A DNA stretch of 64,000 bases from Octopus vulgaris. Its lineage: Eukaryota. The notes beneath the pieces are model-generated. The model searched no databases and had not been told where the DNA came from. It saw only the letters and a list, made by a program, of their open reading frames with translations. Position 1 is the stretch's first letter, and every line of letters begins with the position of its first letter. Both the position numbers and the translations under genes were made by a program. The stretch is from positions 60,760,001-60,824,000 of the forward strand of contig OX597832.1 in assembly GCA_951406725.2 (NCBI GenBank), written 5' to 3'. Positions 51,125-63,929 of the stretch are shown here, piece after piece.

Positions 51125-51808
51125 GGAAGGGGACTAGTCGATTATATCGACCCCAGTACTTAACTGGTACTTATTTTATCGACCCCGAATGGATGAAAGG
51201 CAAAGTCGACCCCGGCGGAATTCGAACTCAGAACGTAAAGACGGACGAAATGCCGCTAAACATTTCGCCCGGCATGCAAAATCGATTACATTGACCCCCA
51301 GTGCTTAACTGGTACTTTAAGGCAAAGTCGACCTCGGCGAAATTTGAACTGGAAATGTAAAGCCGGAAGAAATGCCGCCAAGCATTTTGTTCGGCGCCGC
51401 AACGATTCGGACAGTTCGTTACACTTAGCAATAATAACGATTCTTTCTACTATAAGCACAAGGCCTGAAATTTGGGAGATGGGGTTAGTCGATTGGTACT
51501 TATTTTTATTGACCCACGATGGATGAAACGCAAAGTCGAACAGCAAATTTGAACTCAGAACGTAAAGCCGGAAGAAATACGGCTAAGAATTTTCTCCGAC
51601 GCATATTCTTCAATAATACTTCTTTCTAATTTAGGAACAAAACTAGCAATTGTTAGGGGAAGGGGTAAGTCGGTCACATCGACTCATTTGGTACTTTTAT
51701 TTGATCGACCCCTAAACGATGAAATGCAAAGTTGACATGCGGAATTTGAACTCAGAACGAATAGAGCCAGAAGGCATACGGTTAGCATTTTGTTTGGTGC
51801 ACTAACAA
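51125..51808 (-). mobile_element. Tandem array of about four SINE family B units
   Basis: caaagtcgac...gaactcagaacg-type core at ~51200, ~51323, ~51530 and ~51727. Confidence 0.85.
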
Positions 51809-52179
51809 TAATAATAATAATATATATTAGCATATTGTACATCAAATCATAAAAATTATTAGGAGTAATGCATGAGAGCCACAGAATCTTGTCTCTTCTT
51901 TCCCTACTTTCACATAAGTGCTGTACTTGTTTAGCCCTTGGTTAGTCCTAATTGAGTAAACTTATGATCAATGGCATTCCAGCACCGGGACCACCACGCT
52001 TTTTTTTTTATAGGTTATCAGCAAGTAATTTAATGTAATAATGCGTACTTTCATTATATCAGTAAGACAGTAGGTTGTGATGTGAGGTGTGATCTGACTG
52101 CTGTTTCTAGCAGGTTGGTTGATCGACCGCGTTGGAGAGAATCCCTGGTTCGCGTGACAGACTTTAATTGTAGGGAAGG

Positions 52180-53090
52180 CCGTGTAGGACGGAGTGAGAG
52201 AGAGAAACAGATAGATAGAGATAGAGAGAGAGAGAGATGCACGAAGACAAACAGGCAGGCATGCAGACTGTGTATGTGTGTGTGTGTGTGTGTGTAAACA
52301 TGAGGCAAACCGGAATTAAATAACAAGGCAAGTGGACAGCTGGGATGAGTGAAGTAATTGAGTGTGTATGATAAGATAATGAGAGAGGGAGGAAGGGGAG
52401 ACTGAAAGCAAAAGAGATAGAGAGGGGGAAGGGGAAGACATGGAGGAGAGTGGGAAGCGGAGAGGAGAGGAGAGGGAGGGAGGAAAAACAAAAGATAAGC
52501 GTGAGACAAACCGGATCTGTAGAAGAGGAGGAAGTGGGGGATGGTTGCAGTGAATGAGTGAGTGATAGAGAGAAAGAGACGGGAGGGGTGAAGGTGAGTG
52601 AAGCAGATAGGAACGAGTGGAGTGTTGGATTTAGTGAGTGAAGAGGGTTTGATGAGATAGAAAGAGAGAGCGTTACAGAGAAAGAAAAGGGGACACTGAG
52701 CAAAGCGAACAGGAAAGAGTAGAGAGATGGATTGAGTGGAATGTAGAGAGTTTGATAAGAGAGAGAGAGAGAGAGAGAGAGTAAGAGATGAAGGCAAATA
52801 AGAAAGAGTGGAGTATGGGACTGGGTGAGTGAAGAGTTTGATAATGTAGTAAAAGAGAGAGGGAGAGGGATTTAGGGGACTGGTAAATGTGAGTGATGCG
52901 AACGAGAAAGAGTAAATTGTTGGATTGAGTGAGAGAGAGAGAGAGAGAGAGCGGGTGAATGTAATAAAGCAACCAAGAAATGAGTGGATTGTTGGACTCA
53001 GTTGAGTTGAGTGAGGGACAATAGTTAAGTCTCGATTTAAGGAAACAGGAGAGGATAAAAGGGAGAGAATTAAGAAAAACTGTGAAGTTG
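52180..53090 (+). repeat. Purine-rich degenerate minisatellite block
   Basis: Recurring gagtgagtga / ttggatt.agtga / gagtttgat motifs in a GA-rich background. Confidence 0.7.
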
Positions 53091-54084
53091 GTTGTCGTCG
53101 AATTAAATCTGGTTGTTGTTACTATCCTTGATCGGGCAGACCTATGGTTAAAGACATCCCAGTCGTGACCACCCCATATCTTCCCTTCGTATAGAAACAA
53201 CTCAAGACCACATTATCCAATGTGTCTTTTCTAACACGGTGCAGTGCGATTTGAGGGAAGTTTGACTGTTATTTCTAACGAGTGTGAGGGATGGGAAGAA
53301 AAGCGCCAGTGAGCCCTGATCGAGAGGTTCCAGCTATGATCATTCAGTGCTTTTTGTGATTTTTAACTAATTTTACGACGGTTAATGCTATCTGAGGGAG
53401 ATTTTGCTGCTATTTCTAGCTGACAAGACAATGGGTCATACGGCGAAAAGGAACTGTAACAGAAGCATTATGAAAACCGATATATGAGTAATAATAATAA
53501 TAATTTGCCACAAGGGCATCAGATGAGGGGAACATTTGCAAAGATTGTTCACATTTTGTGTGGGGTCTACATAAAAAAAAGTGAAGAGATAGATTGAATA
53601 AAGAGGGTTGGTACAAAACTACATATTTGTAAAAGAGGGGAGAAAATAGGGGACGGCCGAACGTTCTACCTAAATACATTTGGGCTTAGATAGATAAAAA
53701 AAAGAAATAAAACCCCTTTCTTTCCATACTCTAACTCCCGGTAAAATTCGAAATCAAAATACCGAGGTACAAAACTTGGATTACTGTAAAGCAATACAAG
53801 TCCAGAGGTTAATAATGTTCATCATAGATATAAAGTGTCCAAATATGTAACAGGGAGATTATGAGACATTCATGGTTTCCTCACAAACATTAATATTATA
53901 TTAGCAGCCTAAATCTAAATGAAAATGTTGCACCTAGAATCGAAACCGGGACAGTGATTCGACGCCGGTAGTTAACAGTGACTTGTAAATAAACGCATCC
54001 GTTTTCTTGTTTGATTTCGGAACAAGGTTTCTTTATAAAAACCCGGAGAGAATTGGTAACATACATGCCTTCATTAAGGGTGAA

Positions 54085-54680
54085 AAGCGTGAGATAGAGA
54101 GAGAGAGAGAGAGAGACTGCTTAATAAAGAGAGGGAGGACAGACTGATAGACAAATATATAAAAAAAGACCGTCTCTGTCTTATAGACAGACAAATCGAT
54201 CGACAGATAGACAGACAAATCGATCAACTGATAAAGGGAGAGAGAAAGAGACAGGCAGATAGATAGATAAGACATGAAAGGTTAGCAGATAAAGATAGAT
54301 AAACAGATCGACTGATCGAGAGACAGATGGACAGAAAAAATAGACTGATAGACATAAAATGACAGATAAACAGACAGATCGATCGATAGATAGATAGATT
54401 GATAGATGAACGTCGTCGATAAATGAAAAGTTAAGACTAAGCTATGGAGATAAAAATAATAATGACAGCGAGACAAATAAAACTGATAAATGAATGGGGT
54501 GTGTGAAAGAAAGAAGGAAAATATTAAAGAAGTGAAGAATAGGTGTGAATGAAAGTGAGAGGGGTGGCAAAGAGAGTGTAGAATGAAACAATGAAGGGAA
54601 CGAGAGGGAGAAAGAGAAAGAACTAGACGAAATGTGGAGTTGAAGAAGGAAGTTAAGAAGATATGATACAATATATTAAA
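54085..54680 (+). repeat. (GATA/GACA)n and purine-rich low-complexity tract
   Basis: Direct inspection. Confidence 0.75.
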
Positions 54681-55089
54681 AAGAAAAAATAGCAGTCTTT
54701 TCAAGTTATTTATATCCTTCAAAAACATGATACAGCATATGCGTTTAGTATGTATGTATGTGTATATATATATATGTATGTATTATTCTATTTTGTTTTA
54801 AGGTCCTTCGTCGTTACGTATTTCTCTCTCTCTTCTAACATGTATCTTACGCATGTAATTTAGCCAACTCAAAGCAGTCAGCTGCTTAACAATATCCGTT
54901 ATATTACATTACAAGCAAGCCTTTTACAATCGGGTTTACAGATTAAATTGCGGTGGATGCTAGGTTTGTGTAAAAAATAACAGTATAACACTGAAAAGCA
55001 GACACACACATGACGAATGAATATACACATATATATATGTATATATATATATATATATATATAATGTATGTATGCATGTATAGATGGAA

Positions 55090-55357
55090 TACACAAGGGG
55101 GTATACCTCAACTTAAGTCGATTTATCTGACTTTTAACGTCGCTCTCAGCAAACATATAAAAACATAAAAATTAGAAGAAAAAGGCATCGAAAAACCAAT
55201 GCTGAAGTGTGAAATCAAATAAAATGTATGTGTTAATTATGTACAAATCATTTATTAAAACATGGAAACTAATGATTATTTTTTTTTAAAGTGTATTTTC
55301 GAGTTAAGTCGAATGTCTCGGAACCAGTTTCTGACGTACGTTGAGGGATGGTTGTAT
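55090..55357. mobile_element. Putative pogo/Tigger-type MITE
   Basis: Left taca...cctcaacttaagtcg; right tgacgtacgttgagggatggttgta (imperfect TIR, TA at both ends); internal inverted cgagttaagtcg. Confidence 0.45.
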
Positions 55358-55956
55358 ATTGTTTGGCCTGTGTCCATAGGAAGGAAAAAAGAAAACCCCT
55401 GTCTACACAGCAATTTATATTGTCTGGTTTCTTAGAAGAAAAATATTTCGTTTCAGGAATTGATAATTTTTGTTTTATCTTGTTTCGTTTTTGTTAATTT
55501 TCCCTTCGCCGGTTTTGTTTTTGGATTAATTTTACTTTTTATTTCTTATTCTGTCCCTCCTGTCAATTGTAAAAACCACTTGCCCTCAGCTCGCATGCAA
55601 AAAGAAAAAGAAAAAACTCAAAACTGTTTTTGTTTTTAGTAATTGTTCGTTTGTTCTGCAAACACATCGAAAACAACCAAACAATTAAAGTATGTATATA
55701 AATACATGTATACACATAAATATACGTGTATGTATTGTATCTGTCTGTCTCTCTCTCTCTCTCTATATATATATATACACACATACATGTAGTATTGTAC
55801 CTGTATGTGTTTGTATATATATATATATATATATATGCGCGCGTGTGTAGAAGTATATGTGTGTGGATAGACAGATAGATAGGTACATAGACAAACAGAC
55901 ATACTGATAGATAGGGAGGCACAGATCGATCGATAGACAGGCAGACAAACTGACAA

Positions 55957-56041
<85 letters not shown>

Positions 56042-56590
56042 CGGCATCAACTAACATCTTCAAGCGAAAGTGGACGTTCGTTTGACATGCTAGAAATAAC
56101 AGCTAAATCTACTTCTCAAACCATACACATTACTGTCTAATGCAGAGACACATTGGATAACATAGTCAACATACACCTATTTAAATTTAAAAAAAAAAAA
56201 AAAGCGCGACAATTATGGTTGGAGCGCATTTTATATATATCTGTCTGCTGTGACGACTTATTTCCTATTTTTATCACGATGCATAATAAAATATAAGCAG
56301 AAGGAGTGACATATATAGACATCGTTTCCTAAATCAGTGTCAATGATAATAATGATAAATAACAATAATAAATAATAATACCGGTTTGAATTTTTTTTTT
56401 CTGGAGCTGACCTTAATTATTCATGGTGGTGGTGGGGACAATTCCAGACAACACGACAATACACGTATCGACAATTATAGTGCCAATAATAATAAAAATA
56501 AAAACAGGCGACGAATTATGAGTTGTAACATCTGCAGATATTTTACACTGAACATAATCAGGCAGAGATTTATTATTATTATCATTATTT

Positions 56591-56621
<31 letters not shown>

Positions 56622-58229
56622 TATATTATCAGTATTACTTAGGTTTAATATTTGTTTTATAATTTCTGTTACACTTACAGTTAATAATTACATATCTTAG
56701 ATGCAATTCCGTTGTTGCTGATCTAAGCAGAAACGCTCCTGTCGTGCCGATATCGTCGTTTTATTGCGACATGTATTAACACAACAAGAGCTGTAATTTC
56801 AAGAAAGATCTATCTTGCTTGTAATTTTTACCGGTCGAGTTAATATATATATATGTGTGTGTGTGTGTATATACACACAAACACACAAATATACAAGATT
56901 GTAGAGATGTAACATATATATATATATTAATATAATCTTAAGATTATTGGCATAGGTGAAAAAGAAAACAAAAAAAAAAAAAACTAAGTGGCACCTGTTT
57001 TCATTAAGAATATTAATTAAGGTTATTTAGAAACAGGTGAGACATTAAGAAAAACCAGGTGAACTTAGATCCAGACATGAGTTAGCTGACTAAAGATACA
57101 ACCAAAACAAGACTTATGTCATTCCAGAACAGTAATATGTATGCGAAAAGGGATTAAAACAGTGTAAGATAGTGTGAATGTGTGTGCGTGTATATATATA
57201 TATATATATCATAGACGGAGGGATAGACAGACAGACAGAAGAAAAGACAATGGACTAGATATAAAGAGGGGCAGATTGGTGAATAAAAAAAATAGACAAA
57301 CTATTTGATTGATTGATAGATGAAAGGTCAGACAGACGTGAGAAAGAAAATGACAAACAGAAGTGTAACCCCGAATTTTTTTAAGTTTAGGGGATGAAAA
57401 CAGATTACAATATCTACATAGAGACATGCATGTGTGCGTGTGAATAAAACATCAAATATATATATACATATATATATATGTATATATATATACATACATG
57501 TATGTACGTGTGAAAGGGTGTAAGATGTTGTGCCGGTGACTTAATAATACATACCTAGCCATGGTAAAAAAAAGCCTTGTTCTCTCGAGTGAACACTTAG
57601 ATAATTCGCATTGCTTTTAAAGTGCCGTGCAGCTCTCGGTCGCCGTGATATTTATCAGTGGTACTATTACAGACAGATACTGCTTGTTTACCGGCAATAA
57701 AGATGATGACGATGACGATGACGACGGTGGCGGCGGCGGCGACCACAGCGACGGTGATAACGATAATGATAATAAAAATAATAATAATAATGTTGATAAT
57801 ACTGATGGTGATGTTGGCGGTTTAGCTCTACGTGATGCTGGCTGGTTTACACCTTATAATTTAACGCAGACTACCAACCAACATGCTCTACGCCATATGC
57901 GAACCGACGCGGTAGCACTCGGATGGTTTCATGTGTGTGAGTATATATACATGTGTGTGTATATGAGCCCACGTACGTACGGAATGATGTGATAGCGAAT
58001 TTATTAAATGCATACATATAGGCGTGTATATTTTGTACGTGCGTGCATACATGTGTGCATGCATGCATGCATGTATGTATGTATGTATGTATGTATGTAT
58101 GTATGTATGTATGTATGTATGTATGTATGTATGTATGACTGAGTGTTTAGCTATAAAGAATGCGTCATCGAAGTAATTAATATATATACACAGTTCGATA
58201 TATAGCTATTCATAGATGCCTTCGATTCA

Positions 58230-58505
58230 ATCATATATATATATGTATGTATGTATATACATACATACAGATTTATATACATATATACAAATATATACAC
58301 ATACATATACATATATATATTCATATATATATATATACACATATATATATATACATATATATACATACACATATATATATACATATATATACATACATAT
58401 ATGCATGTATATATACATATATATACATATATATGCATGTATATATACATATATAAATGCAAATATATATATGTATATATTTATATATATACATACATAT
58501 ATATG

Positions 58506-58577
<72 letters not shown>

Positions 58578-58625
58578 CACATATATATGTTTGTATGTAT
58601 TTATGTGTGTATATATAGGTATGCA
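58230..58625. repeat. Compound (TA)n/(TACA)n array
   Basis: Direct inspection. Confidence 0.9.
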
Positions 58626-58883
58626 TGATTAAATTGAGAGGAGGGGTAGGGGTTGGAAGGAAGAGACAGACAGACAAACACACAGACAGACAGATAGACA
58701 TACACGGATCAATCGATGGATATTATATAGTGTCACCAGATAGACAGACGGAAAGACAGAATAAATAAATAAAAAAAAAATAAATAAATAAACTGAAGTA
58801 AGGGCAGCGCACTCTGCGCACGCGGTTTGATATATTCGTATGTTGTATGTGTGTGTGTGTGTGTGCACACGCGCGCGTGCCCT

Positions 58884-59166
58884 TTCCTCATTTTAGTCAT
58901 TAGACTGCGGCCATGCTAGGGCACCGCTTTGAAGAATTTTAATCGAACGAATCGGCCCGAGCACTTTTATTTATTATAATTTTTATTTTTTTGCAAAAAA
59001 ACCTGGTTCTTATTCGATCGGTGTCTTCAGCCGAACCGCTAAAATACTGGGATGTGAACACACTAGCACCGGTTGTCAAGCACTGGTGGGGGACAAGTGC
59101 AAAGATTCACTCACACATACATATATACATGCATGCATATACATACACATATATATATATATACAC

Positions 59167-59249
<83 letters not shown>

Positions 59250-59384
59250 ATGAATAAATATATATATATATATATCGTCTTCCAAATTCACTCACAAGAC
59301 TGGTCGGCTCGAGGCTATAGCTGAAACCTCTTGCTCGAGATATCATGCAGTGGGACTGAACCCGAAGCTATGTGGTTGGGAAAT
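58884..59384 (-). mobile_element. SINE family A, diverged, expanded internal microsatellite
   Basis: Tail at 58884-59095, microsatellite 59110-59275, head fragment to 59384. Confidence 0.78.
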
Positions 59385-59895
59385 ATGATTTTGGGTGGGT
59401 GCATGTGTGTGTGGGGTGTGTGTGTATGTGTACATTTATGTGTGTATATATATATAAATGTTGATAGCTATCAAGGCCTTGCTGGAGCGTCGCCTTCCTA
59501 CAGTAGCTATCTAAATCACTGTGTGTTTGTATCATTTATGCATGTGAATATGTGTCTATATGTACATCATCCATACGTGTATGTATGAGTATATGTATGC
59601 ATACGTCTTTTTTATATGTAAATTACAATACGAGAAATTTAATTCTTGGCTGAGCTAAACTCGACAAAATTTTCCAAAATAATTCTATGATATCGGATTA
59701 AGCACACTCAGTTATTTAGCCCTGTGGTTTTTTAACTGAGGTTCATATGGCCCCTAGAAGTCCATATAAGATTTTTGGGGGTCCCTGCAACAAAATAGTA
59801 AATTGGGGATCTACGATTGTATTTTAAGGGCCCCTGAAAAAAATTTGTTTTAGATGTATGTATTGTAAGAAATAGCTAAATGTCTTTCTCTAACG

Positions 59896-60657
59896 TAGTG
59901 TTTCCCAATCTATTCCACCCCCCCAGGCCCCACTATAAGTTTCCAGAAAAATGTATACCCTACCGGTGGCTGAAAAAAGAAAACTTTATTTTTAATATTT
60001 TATCAGAATTATTTAATTCAAAAGTAACTCTTTTATTAAATATACTTTCCTACTCTAGGCATAAGGCCCGAAATTTTGGGGGAGGAGGTCAGTCGATTAG
60101 ATCGACCCCGGTACGCAGCAGGCACTTAATTTATCGAGCCTGAAATGACGAAAGGCAAAGTCGACCTCGGCGGGATTTGAACTCAGAACGTTTCTTATTT
60201 CTTTATTGCCCACAGGGGGCTAAACATAGAGGGGATAAACAAGGACAGACAAAGGGATTAAGTAGATTACATCGACCCCAGTGCGTAACTGGTACTTAAT
60301 TTATCGACCCCGAAAGAATGAAAGGCAAAGTCGACCTCGGCGGAATTTGAACTCAGAACGTTTCTGCCAGCTCGCCACTTTTCTTTTATTGAGTATTGAG
60401 CACCGACTTCTCATTTGAGCATCGACTGCTCATAATCATATACTTTCCTTAAAGAAATATCCACATATGGGCATTAGAATAGTTCTATACTGTATCAAAC
60501 AGTCTGCTTGGCTGGAGGAATTGGCTTGGTTAGGCTGTGTATAGGTGAAGTATGTTTCCATGTCCCACTAAAAAAAAATAAGTTTTAGCTCCCATGCCCC
60601 ATCACAATGTTCCCAGGCCCCACAACTGGAGCTTATGCGCCACATTAGAAGTCACTG
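59896..60657. mobile_element. hAT-type MITE (inner)
   Basis: 8-bp TSD ctctaacg (59888-59895) / ctccaacg (60658-60665); imperfect TIR tagtgtttcccaat / attagaagtcactg; 8-bp TSD is typical of hAT. Confidence 0.6.
60045..60377 (-). mobile_element. SINE family B, double unit, inside the inner MITE
   Basis: gaaaggcaaagtcgacctcggcgg.atttgaactcagaacgtttct occurs twice. Confidence 0.88.
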
Positions 60658-61324
60658 CTCCAACGTTATCCATAGTTCAGCCCACGTAAGTGAATGTGTG
60701 AAAAAAAACATAGGACTTTTGAAAGAAGTATCTATAAAACTAATTTTTAAACATCGAATGGCTATAGGAGTCCATCAGAATTAAATAACAATCAAAGGGA
60801 TTCATAGATAAGAAATGGTTGAGGACCCCTGATTTAATCCCAAGTCTACCTACTTACGGCTAACCTGGGGTTAAAAATCAACGGCAACAACAGGAAAATA
60901 GATCAGGAAAAACCGTCGAGTTGTTTGGATTTATTTTTTACTCATTTTCACCACATCTTCGTATCACACGTATTAAATAGGATCAATAACATTGTTTCTC
61001 AGTCCAATGACAAAACAACTTCGATCTTTAACTATATTTACTCTTAATTATAGAATACAAATAATCGTTCTTTCTAACAGAAGCAAAAGACCCACAATTT
61101 CTGTGTGTGGTGGGGTTTTGGTCGATGAAGATGTTATTTTACGTTTGTTGTTGTTCATGTTGCTTTGCTCCAGGCCATTTTTGATCGAGCAGAACTATGA
61201 TGAAAGTTGTTTCTGCCATGGCCATCACGTTCTATGTTGACGTTGGCATCTCAACAACTACATAGCTTCAAGTTTGATCCTACTTCATAGAACGTTGAAC
61301 GGATTAGGTGGACGGAAACTGTGT

Positions 61325-61870
61325 TTGGCCCCTTGTGGATAGTAAAGAAATAGGTATTTCGCTAGTCGCTACGTTCTAAGTTCAAATTCCGCCGAGGTCA
61401 AGTTTGCTCTTCATCTCTTTAGGGTCGAAAAAATAAGTACCAGTTGGATGTAATCAACTCATCTCCTCCCCCAGAATTGTTTCCCATGGGACAAAATTTG
61501 TATTTCGCCCGTCGCTACGTTCAGAGCTCAAATTCCGCCGAGGTAGACTTTACCTTTTATACTCTCGGGGTCGATAAATTAAGTACCAGTGAAACACTGG
61601 GGTCGATATAATCGACTAGTCCCCCCCCACACACAATTTCCGGCCCCATGTCTATAGCAGAAAGGATTATATTTTACAAAGAAATTTGAATGCTAAAGAG
61701 TTAGACCGTTGGAGAGAATACCTCACAGCATTCGTTCTGGTTCCCTGGGTCTACGGATCAAATCCTGCCGAGGTCAACTTTGCCTTTTATCTTTTCGGAA
61801 GTCGATAAAATAAGGTACCAGTTAAGTCCAGTATTAATATATCGGCTGATTCTGTCCTCTCAAAATTACT
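61325..61870 (+). mobile_element. Tandem SINE family B units (about three)
   Basis: caaat.c.gccgaggt at ~61383, ~61529 and ~61759. Confidence 0.82.
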
Positions 61871-62021
61871 TTTCTTGGACTTAAATCAGAATCAATTATA
61901 ACTGGCAGGATAGACTCCCTCTTGAAAGACTCGCCAAGCCAATCCTGCTGGAGACCTATGGAAAGAGACGGTGAAGACGGCCAAAGATGAATTGGCATCA
62001 AACGATCAACGGAGACAAGCA

Positions 62022-62406
62022 TAGGAGCACTCCGTCGGTTGCGACGATGAGGGTCCCAGCTGATACGATCAACGGAACAGCTTGCTCGTGATATTAACGT
62101 GCAAGTGGCTGAGCACTCCACAGAAACGTGTACCCTTAACGTAGTTCTCGGGGAGATTCAGCGTGACACAGAGTGTGACAAGGCTGGCCCTTTGAAATAC
62201 AGGTACAAGAGAAACAGGAAGAAAGAGCGAGAGAAAGTTGTGGTGAAAGAGTACAGCAGGGTTCATCACCATCCTCTGCCGGAGCCTCGTGGAGCTTTAG
62301 GTGTTTTCGCTCAATAAACACTCACAATGCCCGGTCTGGGAATCGAAACCGCGATCCTCCGACCGCGAGTCCGCTGCCCTAACCACTCGGCCATTGCGCC
62401 TCCACA
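62022..62406 (-). mobile_element. SINE family D, full length, intact tRNA-like head
   Basis: Minus head ggaggcgcaatggccgagtggttagggcagcggactcgcggtcggaggatcgcggtttcgattcccagaccgg (A and B boxes); 14-bp TSD aacggagacaagca (62008-62021) / aacggggacaagca (62407-62420). Confidence 0.9.
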
Positions 62407-62524
62407 AACGGGGACAAGCAGATGATTGACAGAACATGGAATGACGCAATGAGTGAAGCGAGGAACTGCGACCGCTGACACACTTCGACTGTCACGTGTG
62501 TCTCAAGACGTGGGAGCTTCTAGG

Positions 62525-62730
62525 TAAGTAATCGCTGGTGCGTCCAACAAAATGTTTGGCGGCATTTCTTCCGATTCTTTATGTTGTGAGTTCAAACTCC
62601 GCTTAGGTCGACTTTGTCTTTCATCCTTTCGGGAGCGATAAAATAAATACCAGGCGAATACTGGGGTCTGTGCAATCGACTTACCCTCTCTTCCGAAATT
62701 GATGGCCTTGTGCCAAAATTTGAAACCAAA
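62525..62730 (+). mobile_element. SINE family B
   Basis: gagttcaaactccgcttaggtcgactttgtctttcatcctttcggg..gataaaataa. Confidence 0.82.
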
Positions 62731-63194
62731 ATTTGTGTGGTTGTACAGGTGAAAAGATGAGGAAAGGAGAAAAGAAGAGCGCGTGTGCGTGTAGTGTGTA
62801 CGTATGTGTGTGAACGTGCCGTCTTTCTCCTTGTGTTATAATATTTTTCATTTTTTTTTTAAGGCAATAGTGTGTGATTCGAGCAGGGTGTGGTTGTTAT
62901 TTCTAGCCCGTGGAGCGATTACGTAAAGGCTGGCTCATTGGCACGAGAGAAACAGATGGACAGACGAGGTGAGAGAAGGAGAACGCAACAAGTTTATGAC
63001 TGTTTCTACCAATAACAGGTTTCCTAGAGTTAACAGTCATGAAAATATAAACGAAAGCGCTGTCGTCATCGATGTTAACCGGATATGGTACCCGGATTAC
63101 GAAACCGAAACTAGGACCCAGCACGTGAGAATGATTAGATTAAAACTACTTTAAATCCGATTCTTTTAATTTAAGTTTTTTTTTTATTCAACTT

Positions 63195-63563
63195 TTGTCT
63201 GTAATCTTTATGAACTGCGGCTATGCTGGAGCACTGTCTTAATAAATCGACCCTAGTTTTTGAAGTCTAGTCCTTATTCTATCGACTGTCTTTTACCGAA
63301 CCGCTAAGTGACGGGAGACATAAACCAACATTGGTTATCAAGCGGCAGAGTTGGAGAAACAGACACACACACACACACACACACACATACATTATTCTTT
63401 AGGCGTAGCCTTGCTTGTGTGGTACTTAGCCTGTTTACCAACAACATGGTTACAGGTTCAGTCCCACTGCGTGGTACTTTGGGCACGTGTCTTCTATTAT
63501 AGTCTCGGGCCGACCAAAGCCTTGTGAGGGGATTTGGTAGATGGAAACCGAAAGAAGTCCGTA

Positions 63564-63600
<37 letters not shown>

Positions 63601-63790
63601 CTTATGTGTACGTGCCTCTGTGTCTGTACCCCCTTATCACCGGAGTTGGTGTGTTTACGTCTCTGTAACTTACCGGTTCGGTAAAAAAAGACCGATAGAA
63701 TAAGTACTAGGGTTGATTCGTTCCACTAAAATTCTTCAATGCGGTGCTCCAGCATGACCGCGGTCTAATGACTGAAACAAATAAAACATA
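63195..63790. mobile_element. Family A 3' half (minus, 63195-63385) next to a full plus-strand copy (63401-63790)
   Basis: actgcggctatgctggagcac...ccgaaccgctaagtgacggg in reverse, then ggcgtagcc..tgtgtggta...gctccagcatgaccgcggtctaatgactgaaacaa. Confidence 0.8.
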
Positions 63791-63845
63791 AAAACAGTGG
63801 TATTCTAAGTTTCGGCTACCTAAGCCATCACTTGAGTAACACATA

Positions 63846-63929
<84 letters not shown>

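Larger units (their letters stand above)
59722..60831. mobile_element. hAT-type MITE (outer) containing nested insertions
   Basis: Left ctgtggttttttaact, right ggttgaggacccctg (CAG(T/G)GGTTCTCAACC-like hAT ends); right-end region also matches 43140-43219. Confidence 0.6.

Noticed and set aside
52054-53200. 247-, 179- and 175-aa minus-strand ORFs
   Set aside because: Same compositional artefact of a GA-rich block
57627-57992. 121-aa ORF with poly-D/G/N runs resembling a transcription-factor low-complexity region
   Set aside because: GTG start, built on (GAT/GAC/GGC/AAT)n repeats, with no domain and no convincing splice sites
62330-62404. tRNA gene
   Set aside because: No complete acceptor stem or terminator; continuous with a SINE body and bounded by a TSD
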